Assembly (NCBI GenBank): GCA_951406725.2
Contig: OX597815.1
Location: forward strand, 50,158,001-50,222,000
Direction of reading: 5' to 3'
DNA from: Octopus vulgaris
Taxonomy: Eukaryota
Length of the DNA stretch: 64,000 bases
Under the pieces are notes generated by a model. The model saw only the letters and a program-made list of their open reading frames with translations, searched no databases and had not been told where the DNA came from. Position 1 is the first letter of the stretch. Every line of letters starts with the position of its first letter. Positions 53,873 through 64,000 of this stretch are shown here, in pieces. The position numbers were made by a program, and so were the translations under genes.

Positions 53873-54179
53873 GTGTTGAATTAAATTTCAAAGTCACTGT
53901 CAACCTTTTCCTTGTAAGTTCTTAATCATCTTGTATTCGACTTGAAAGCATTAAGTAATCCTTCAGTTTAATTCTAAATTAGTTCTGCATGTAACTTGAC
54001 AGAAAAACAAACATTAACCATCATCATCATCAGTTGGTCAAGTTTGCTTGGATATTTTTAACCCACACACACCACACTGCCCTGCATTAGATGAAGGAGG
54101 TCCAGTATCTCTGGTGAGTTGAACTACATGCGCTGTGTTCAAATGATCTGCCCATATACAGGCAAACTTTTATAGATAT

Positions 54180-54418
54180 TCTTTTACTGTTTTACTTGTT
54201 TCAATCATTTGACTGTAGCTATGCTAGAGCATCATGTCAAAGGGCGTTTTTAGACAAAGAAATCGACCCCAGGACTTATTCGTTGTAAGCCTAGATTTTA
54301 TTCTATTGGTCTCTTTTGCCAAATTACTAAGTATATGGGGACATAAACAAACCATCGTTTGTCAAGCGATGGTGGGGGGGACAAACACAGACACAAAGGA
54401 CATACTCACATAGATATA

Positions 54419-54452
<34 letters not shown>

Positions 54453-54600
54453 AGTGGTCCTCTTTCAGTTTCCATTTACCAAATGCATTCACATGGCTTT
54501 GGTCAGCTTGAGGCTATAGTAGAAGACACTGGTCCAGTAGGCCTGATCCTGGAACCACATGGTTGGGAAGCGAGCTTACTTAACACACAGACACACCTAT
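54180..54600 (-). mobile_element. SINE family A
   Basis: Reverse complement with tail, microsatellite and head. Confidence 0.8.
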
Positions 54601-55091
54601 ATATAAATTCTTGGAAACGTTCTACAGTATGTTCAGTTCCCAAGAAAGGAAACCCCAACTGGTTTTGTCAGCTATTGCCCTATCACACTCACATCCAACT
54701 TCACAAAGATGGTAATCATCCTTGATAGCAAACAACCTTCTTTTTTCCTGTTTAATGATGACCGGCTGGCCTTCATGAAGAAAATAGTAACTGTTCCATG
54801 TAAACACACTGACAGAGAAAAAGTGCACTCTAAGTCTACTAGCTAAGTAACTACTGACCAATAAAGTAATGTTCTCAAATTCTTGTCTTTGTGACCTACT
54901 GATACAAAAGTTGTGCATGATCCCCTGTATAATAATGAATATATAAAATAATATTTTGATCCAGTTGATATCACCAAGGGATTTTAAATGATAAAAGTGA
55001 TATAAATATAATAGTGAAGTACAAAATATTTATACAGTATCTCTCATAACCTATTGTAAACACTTTAAATGAAATGTTCTCAAAAAAGGTA

Positions 55092-55134
<43 letters not shown>

Positions 55135-56181
55135 GATAGAAAATTGATAAATCTCTTCAGATTATTAAGTGATGCATATCTAAATTTCCAAGGATATAAA
55201 GACAAATATAATTTGAAATTATTTATCTGCAAATCAAAATAGAAAAGAAAATGTAATGTTAGAAGTACCAACTGAGATATTTTAAATATTAACAAAGAAA
55301 ACAAACCACTTAAGTATTGTTGACATGGGTTTATGTCATTATGTCTAAGACTTCTTTGAAGTTGCAAAATATTCTGCATCTACTCTTACAGTGTGTAATT
55401 TTTCAAAAGCAGCAGCTACTACTACTACTACTACAATAATAATAATAATGCTGGTGGTGGTGGTGGTGGTGGTGGTGGTGGTGGTAAATATTTATGCAAA
55501 GAATTTAAATAGTCTGTCATTGACTCTTCAAATGTCTTGTTAGCAAGCTGTAATGCAGAAATTTGTAAATATCGTTTTAGTTCTACAAATAGGAACTTTC
55601 AAACATATTTATAAAACAAATTTACCACATGGGGACAATTTAGTGACAAGAGATTGGTTACACATACTGATGCTGAACACAGTGGAATGTGAGACAAAAA
55701 AGAGAAAAATGAATGAATGAATAAAAAAAAACACATAACTGAATGGTTTAACTAGGCTTTTAAAATGGAGACAATCTATTACCAAGATGACTCGGTTGTA
55801 AAGGTATACGTTAATTCATATGATCATTGATGCTTTTTGGTTTCTTCTGCAAAAGCCTACATGCAAGTAAAGAATAGTTCTGTGATTAGGTACCAAAGTT
55901 AGTGCCTAAGATACAGAGGTTTTTTTCCATAGAATCCAGAGTATTTTCAGAGGAAAATACAACTGACATATTTTGAGATAGATAACAAAGTAAATCATTC
56001 AAAAGAAGTGAAACACATCACCAAATGAGATAAAGAAAAGTGAATAAAAAGTATTCTGTAAGTAGTACAAATTATAAACAAACAAAACAAAACAAAGAAA
56101 GTATTAAGTTTCCAGACTCAGAACTGTTTTATAAAGTAAATTCAATTGTCTAATGGAATACAACAACAACAATAACAACAA

Positions 56182-56234
<53 letters not shown>

Positions 56235-57022
56235 TCGGTATCTTTCTAAATGTTCAGCATTCTTCTTCAGGATCCTTACTTTCTTGGTTCACTTCTTGAA
56301 TAACATTCCATTGCCATCTTGTTGATCTCTTCTTTTCCATTTAACTTTTCTGCACAGCAGTAACAGGATGATGATCGACCTCCTACCCTCCTACCAGATG
56401 AGAAACCTTCAGTAGGGACTCCAGTCTCATTCTTGTCATTTTTGTTTAGATTTAAGTTTGACATTATATATTCCTATAAGGATAGTGACTTTGAAGTTAC
56501 ACTACTACCAGTGCTTTTTATTATTTTTTTGCTATCATCATCATCATCATCATTATCATCATCATCCTCATTTTTCCATGCTGGCATGAGCTAGAGGATT
56601 TGACATGAACTGAAAAAACCAGAGGACTGTGCCAAGCTACAATGCATGGTTTTAACAGGTGGATGCTCTTCCTGTTGCTAACCACTTTACAAAGTGCATT
56701 GGGTGATTTTTGTGGCACCACTGCTTGTAAAGTCACTTATTACCAGTTGAGCACTGGAGTCAATGTAACTGACTTATCACCACCACCATCACTCTCAAAT
56801 TCCTGGCTGTGCACCAAAATTTGAAAATATCATTTAAAGGTGGCAGAAACATCATGATCTTGCCAATTATCAATTTAGTCTTGGGAACTGTGGTGAAAAA
56901 TTTGTGAGTAAACCTTAGAAAACCAGACCTTAATCTAGGAGTGGATGTAGAAGAGAAATTTATTTACAAAGAAAGAACAGAAATGAAATGTAGAAAAAAA
57001 CTTTTATACAAAGGTACACTCT

Positions 57023-57657
57023 GTCATCATCAATCATCAACATTCAACATCTGTTTTCCATGTTGGCTTTGATTGAATGGCTTAACAGGAACTGGTAAGG
57101 TTCCTGTTAAGGTGGCAAGCTGGCAGAAACGTTAGCACGCTGAGCTGAAATGCTTAGTGGTATTTCGTCTGCTGCTACATTCTGAGTTCAAATTCCATTG
57201 AGGTTGACTTTGCCTTTCATCCTTTTCGGGGTTGATTAAATAAGTACCAGTTATGCACTGGGGTCAATATAATCAACTTAATCCGTTTGTCCCCTCTGTG
57301 TGTAGCCCCTTGTGGACAGTAAAGAAATAAGGAACTGGCATGGTCAGGCCCCAACTAGGTTCCATAATCTGTTTTGGCTTGGTTTCTATAGCTCAATACC
57401 CTTCCTGGTGCCAGCCAATGTACAGAGTCTACTGGGCACTTTTTACATTACACCAATATCCGCACCAATGCTTTTTATATGTCACCTTGGTTTTAGAATC
57501 TCAGTTCTGTTTTGGAAAACAAGTCTTCTTGAGAACAGCAAGGCATCACATATCTCAGCACTCTGTCATCTCCTTGACAAGGTTCAGTGTTTTGAGATCA
57601 ACCTTTAATACTCTGTCTTCCTGTGTCTCCCTTTTCCACAACTTCCATCCACTTTGA
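57023..57657 (-). mobile_element. RTE LINE 3' end (last codons plus 3' UTR), interrupted by a SINE B at 57111-57330
   Basis: Minus strand: KVDGSCGKG..RKT..LKVDLKTLNLVKEMT...AVLKKT, then UTR and (ATG)n tail. Confidence 0.7.
57111..57330 (+). mobile_element. SINE family B
   Basis: gctggcagaaacgttagcacg...gactttgcctttcatccttttcggggttgattaaataagtaccag...aaagaaata. Confidence 0.85.
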
Positions 57658-60329
57658 GTAATTGGTATTTAGAGTATATTGTGTCTAAGCAAAAAAGAAA
57701 ACAAAAAAAGATTGGATGGTCAAGGATGGAACTTATTGATCATATGTAGGTTGGGTTTATTTCACTTGAGACTAGATAGCAAAAGCAACATTTAGATAGA
57801 ACTTAAATGAATGATGATGCATAAACTAAATATAAACATTTAAGAATCAAGTAATTCTTAAAGACTAATTCTTGGTTCCAATTTCTGCCCATTCAGAAGG
57901 AATCTAGATCAATCTACTCTTGGATAGATGCTGTCTGTCCTAGCTCAGGTAACCTTCTAGCATGATATGTTGGAATGACAGAATGAAGAGAGTCATATAA
58001 AGTTAAATATCCAAATATGAAAAGAACTGCCTGCTGCAGATTAGAAATCAAAGCCTGTGACTTGATAGTACAATACTATTGCTTCTCAGTCATGCTACTC
58101 CTACCAACAAACAGTATGGCTATGTTATAATATCATAACTGATCATAAAGCTATTATTATTCTTTATGCCAGTCATTATGTATGCTAGAGGTTAGCTAAT
58201 CAATATTCATAAGCTTCAATATTAAACTATTGCAAGGAACTCTCATAAAAATGAAAGAAAGCAGGCAGCAGCAAAATATCTTTAAAAATAAATCAAAACT
58301 AATTCAAACAGAATAAAGATCTTCAAAATGTTAAACTAAACTTCTCTTAATGAATACCTGCAACTTTAGAGTGTATACATGTGTACACATATGTGCCTGT
58401 GTGTGTGTGTATGTGTGTGTCACAGAGAGACAATTTACTCACGCATATAAAAGAATGTTTATGAAAATCTGCAGTCTCCAAATCTCAAAGTGTGTGTGTG
58501 CATGTGTGTGAGAGAGAGAGAGAGAGTGTGTGTGTGTTAAGTGACACAAACATTACCATTTCAAAAGTAAATTCAACTTGAACACTTAATTATTAAAGAC
58601 ATATCTTCCGATAAGAAACATTGGTTTTATTTAGTTTTTTATAAATAATTTAAAGGCCTTTATGAAAGTTAGCTAATTCAATAATGTCAATACTTTGAGG
58701 TAAATAACAAAATTATGTTGGAAAATACAATAAAGAGAACAGATCTGAGATTCACTGCTTTGTTTGTTTCATATATATATATATATATATTCATATTTCA
58801 GATAGATAAAAATTGCTTTGAAGTAAAAATAATTTTAAACTATGAAGAGAAAAATAATAAAAATCGAGTTTATTCCATCAGGAAAAGTTTCAACTAACAA
58901 TTGTTGACACTTTGAACTAAAAATTGCAAATAAATGCAGAAATTAGCTAAGTATGGAAACGTATTCCTTGAAGTTTGAAAAAGAAAAAGAAACAAGAAGC
59001 ACATTACCCTTGTGCATATATATGTGTGTGCATATGAGTGCATGCACATGATTTACCTGGAAAAGAAAAATATTAATATAAATTTGGCAAAGATTAAAGT
59101 ACAATGTATTTTAATAACAGAGAAAATATATTTAATAACTCAAAATATTTAAATACAAAGGATCGCATATGAAAATGAAAAATCTCTAAATTTACTTAAG
59201 AATTATGTAATATTTTTTCTTCTTTCAAGTCTTTCTTAAAATATAGTCTTTCTCTCCCCCTAGATGATTCACTTCCATCTTTATTTTTTACTTATGACTA
59301 TACGGCTAAGTAACTAAATTATCAAAGTATTGATACTTATATATGACAAACCAAATGCTTATCTATATATATTCATTCACCCCACAAGATTCTAAGACAC
59401 ATTCACAAAATTCCAGAACATTAGTACAACACCATCTTAAAAGCACTATCTCTCTCACCCCATTCAGGCAAATAAAAAAAAACAGGCACATGCAAAATAA
59501 CAACTACATCAATATCCTCATTAGTTTCCATACACTGTGAGGAGATGTACATCATTAGAAATAATTGCAGAAGAACAACAGCTATTGCACTGAAGTTGAA
59601 TCTATTTTGCTTACATCCAACTGTAGCCACCACCGGAATTTATGGGAACTTTGTAATAGACATGCAAGAAAATGCAAACTCCTGAGATTGCACCTCATAT
59701 GGGTAAGCAATCAGCACTGGAGCAGTTTATCTAAGGACAGCACTTAGCTACAAACTACCCAAATATTATAGGGCTTCTTGACCAATAGTTGGTTATATTT
59801 GAAGCCTTAAATGTTAACAATTCTCTTGATGAAAATCTCAGCAATTTCTTCTCAATTAGCTACTTTTACAGCAATATAAGCATTATGCTAATAACAGCAG
59901 TATTTTAAATAATGAAGGTAGAGTTCAAAAGTCATACTGATGGTAATCTTAGCTAACGATAGGCCTAAAGGTTTAATAGGCTCAAACTTCTCTCAGGCAT
60001 GAGGCATTTAACTGCTTGAAAGTATAAGATTTCTCTCTGAATAAAAAATGTTAAAATTGTCACAAGGTTAGCTGGAACTGTTGCTGGTACTCATTTTCAG
60101 CTGTATACACTGGTGCAATGTGTAATGATGTGCTTTGCTCAAGGGTACAACATACTGCCCAGTTTGGGAATTGAAACCTTGTCATTCCATTCATGGGGGC
60201 CCAACAACTTAACCACTACACCATGAGTCTTCCCAAACAAAGCATATTATAACTTTTTTTTTTCTGGGAATTGATGACAGAAACAAAAGTTAATTGTAGA
60301 GATGTGGAGAGACATGATGTTCAGTTCAC

Positions 60330-60575
60330 TTTCTTTTATTTGTTTCAGTCATTTGACTGCAGCCATGCTGGAGCACCGCCTTTAGTCGAACAAATCGACC
60401 TCAGTACTTATTCTTTGTAAGCCTAGTACTTATTCTATCGGTCTCTTTTGCCTAACTGCTAAGTTACTGGGACATGAACACACCAACATCGGTTGTCAAG
60501 CAATGGTGGGCGGACAAACACAGACACAGACACACACACACATATATATGCAACAGGCTTCTTTCAGTTTCCACC
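60330..60575 (-). mobile_element. SINE family A, 3' two-thirds
   Basis: tgtttcagtcatttgactgcagccatgctggagcaccgcc...ggcttctttcagtttcc. Confidence 0.85.
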
Positions 60576-60674
60576 AAAGACTTTTCCATTCTTCTTGAGC
60601 ACAAAACTACTAATACACCTGCTTGTTATTCCCTCATGTGTTTGTTTTTGTCGATTGTTTTGTGTAAATTTGAA

Positions 60675-60710
<36 letters not shown>

Positions 60711-60760
60711 TTCTAAGTTGTAGGTACAGGAGGTGGTCAAACTCTGCATATGGAGTAGAC

Positions 60761-60870
60761 AACGTGAAATAAAGTGTCTTGCTCAAGAACACAACACGCA
60801 GCCCAGTCCGGGATTCAAGCTCACAACCTCACGATCGTAAGCTCGACGCTCTAACCACTGAGCCATGCGC
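60761..60870 (-). mobile_element. SINE family C head
   Basis: Minus strand: gcgcatggctcagtggttagagcgtcgagcttacgatcgtgaggttgtgagcttgaatcccgg...gtgttcttgagcaagacactttatttcacg. Confidence 0.75.
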
Positions 60871-61575
60871 AATTATACAGCCACATATATTAAAGGCAGC
60901 AACAAAGTTGAAAAGGCTGAAGAAAATAGAACAATTTAGTTAACTTAGCTTAGCTTTAGTTCCAGTGGCAACCCAGAACTGCTACAAAGTAAACTGAGAC
61001 CATGTGCTAACTCCTTTCGTAATATCCTGGGACCCAAAAGAACATGAGAGTCAATGAATGTTGGAAGAACTATCTACCATTTTACTAACATCATCATCAT
61101 CATCACAAATATGAAGAGGGATGGAAGAACTATCAACTCTATACTACCATCACTATCATCAATAACATCTCATGACTAGCACATCTACCAAATATATCCA
61201 GTATATATATTGAGATCACACAGCTAGATGGCACTCCATGAGAATTACTGACAGAAATTTAAAGTTATTTGCCAATCAATAGAGAACCCCTATATTTAGT
61301 ACTTGTAAGAGAGATACAGATATTTCCATAATATCATAGATTGAGACAGAGAGAAAAAGAGTGGTGATATTATAACTATCCAGAAGAAAGAATTTTGATT
61401 GTCAGCTTGGTGGTGTGGGGTGGGGACTATAGGGACCGAAGGAAATTTTAACGCAATTATATTGCCACATATATAAGAAGCAACAACAAAGTTGGAAAGG
61501 TTAATAATAATAATAGTAATAATAATAATAATAGTAATAATAATAATAGTAGTAGTAGTAGTAGTAGTAGCAGTA

Positions 61576-61615
<40 letters not shown>

Positions 61616-62609
61616 GTGTGATACTGTTTTAAATAAAGAACATAATACATCAGTTTTCCTTCTGATATTTGTTTTATTATATTTACTTTTGTGCAACTCG
61701 TATTTCTTAATGTTTTGAAACTCAAGAGAAACAAAGACATTCTTGAGAGATATTTTTCAATTCACAGCAAATTTGTTTTACTTCTATTATAATTTTCTAT
61801 ATTGAGATATCACTTTACAATCTTAATAGTCTTCAGATCTAACGATTCATTTCAAAGACAGTAACTATCTGCTTAGATAGCAGCTATTAACAAAAACTGA
61901 ATGCTGTCATGTCAGATGAAGACTTCCTTTTGATTATATGATAACACAATCTGACACTTACAGATTCAAATGAAGTGACAGCAGTTGCTGATGACAACAA
62001 CTTTGGCAAGGTTAATTCTTTGTCTCTCTGTTGCATCTAAAATTTCTTCACCTTTTTCTAATTCTAGATATTACTTAGGCAAAGGATTGATTCAGGAAGC
62101 GTGTGCAATTGAGAACATAAAAAAGATTATTTTTGAAATAAATATGTTGCTAAATTTGAAACTAAAACAGAGGTAGACATTTTAGTAGAGTAAATATTAT
62201 GATACATTTGCCAGAAAATGGTCCAATATATTTCTTTCAACATAGGAACCAAGTTATAACATTAATTTCAAAAAATAGTTTTAAACTTACGTTTATGTGT
62301 TTGTTTTGCAAGATTCTTGATGAGAAATTGTGTGTTGAAACAAATATTGTTATATTTGGGGATGGTCATACTTTGTCAATTAAATATGGGCATGATATGT
62401 TTGGTCTTCAGTTCAGCTTTATTATTTTAGTTTCTTTGTTTAAGCTCTTGTGACTTCATCAGTGACTCTCTATCCCATGTGTCTCCTCTTGTTTTACTTA
62501 GTCCAACAAAAATACCAACAATAATAAAGCTGAAATAAAAATCAAACATATAATGCAGGCGTTTAATTGGTAAAATATGCCCATCCCCAAGCAATAATTT
62601 TTAAAATTA

Positions 62610-62830
62610 TTCTTTTATTCGCTTACTTGTTTCAGTCAATTGACTGCAGCCATGCTGGAGTGCTGTCTTAAAGGGTTTTAGTTAAACAAATTGCCCCTAG
62701 GGTTTATTCTTTGTAAGCCTAGTACTTATTCTATCAATCTCTTTTGCTGAAATACTAAGTTACAGGGACATAAACACACCAATATCAGTTGTCAAGCTAT
62801 ACTGGGAGGACAAACACAGACAGAAAGACA
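62610..62830 (-). mobile_element. SINE family A, 3' half
   Basis: Tail and body match; ends in the internal microsatellite. Confidence 0.8.
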
Positions 62831-63789
62831 CACACACATAAATACATGTGTATGTGTGTGTGTGTGTGTGTGTATGTATGTGTGTGTGTGTGTATGTGTG
62901 TGTGTGTGTGCATGTGTGTGTGTGTGTGTGCTTGTAAATGCTTCCTTCTGGAGCCATGCTAAGCTCATGAGGGCTGGTTTCTGGGTTTCAATGGCATATA
63001 TATTCCCCACCTGGATGGGACGCTGGTTCATCGCACGATTACTCATTTTCACCAGCTGAGTGGACTGGAGCAACAGGAAATTAAGTGCTTTGGTCACAGT
63101 TGAAACGTCTTGAGTTATGAGTAAAGTGTCTTTTATCGTAGCTATAACACCTTTCATCATGCTGGAATGCCTTTGGTTACAACCTGCTCAATCAAAGTTG
63201 ACTTTGGGCTGAACAACAACCAGACTACTAATAAAATAGTGACAGAATCGAAAAACAACTAAAAACATTATCATTTACAGAGAAAGTATTTTTTTATATT
63301 TTATAATGAATCAATAGGGATTGCAATCAAATAAGTCATTACCCTCCCACTGCTGGGTAAAGGTCTTCTCCTTATTTCACCCAAACTCCCAAATATATGT
63401 CAGTAGACTCAGTTCTCACTAAAGAGCAAAAGCATAATTGGTGAATCTCTATTACATACCTGTTACATTAATTTTGAGTCAGAAATGAAACTGTATTGAA
63501 CCTACAAATTCCAGATATAATTTAAGAAGCCTGACTTAATATAAGAATGTAACAAAGTCAAAGAAAAACTGAAGAACTATAAGCTTTAAAAATTTTAAGA
63601 AGAAATGTTTAAGACTTAATATAAATGGAGAAAGGAAATTCTAAAATTGTATGGGACAATAAAGAAAATGGAACATAAAGTTTAAATGACAATGTTGAAG
63701 TCCCTAATAATATCTACACAAAGATATTTGGTGACATAAGTATGTGTGATACAAACAATTAATTTTACTATTGCTATGTTTTCAAAGTT

Positions 63790-64000
63790 ACAATGTGGTA
63801 TCAAAAAGTTCCTGAATTAGTTCTGCAGTGCACCAACAGATGGCAGCACATGGTTGCATGCTAGAGAGAGCTAGCAGTGACTTTCATGAGGCAGTGTGCC
63901 AAGTGACATTACTGTGTTTAATTCACAAGTTGTGAAATTTGTGATTTTGCTGTATGCTGTAATCTGCGATTTTGTCATGGACAGGAAGTAAAACAAATAC
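63790..64000 (+). mobile_element. Mariner-like element 5' end, running out of the window
   Basis: TA-caatgtggtatcaaaaagttcc is a TIR-like start, followed by a 5' UTR and atggacaggaagtaaaacaa resembling an MDRK.EQ transposase start. Confidence 0.5.

Noticed and set aside
59560-59860. Possible LINE inter-domain remnant
   Set aside because: Too degenerate to assign without a profile search.
62308-62365. UUGAUGA...GAAAC...GUU motif (related copy at 37861-37905)
   Set aside because: The core is altered and stem I is not supported.

Overview
This is AT-rich, microsatellite-dense eukaryotic DNA that looks intronic or intergenic. The dispersed SINE families resemble those I recall from Octopus genomes; that assignment is from memory and was not searched. 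No host protein-coding gene can be supported, and nearly all ORF-track entries are translations of microsatellites or SINEs. The window is a mosaic of transposon relics: three tRNA-headed SINE families (CORE-like, Nin-domain, and a third), RTE and R4/Dong LINE fragments, Penelope-like (GIY-YIG) fragments, a decayed Tc1 element with both IR/DR ends, mariner relics, a Helitron 3' end and many MITEs. There is also one degenerate tRNA-Ala(UGC). The most striking structure is a 132-bp near-perfect palindrome at 40368-40499 that encodes a type I hammerhead-ribozyme fold on both strands. A second, minimal hammerhead lies just downstream of a Penelope GIY-YIG remnant at 12542-12589. Three weak micro/small-exon candidates are reported as findings only.
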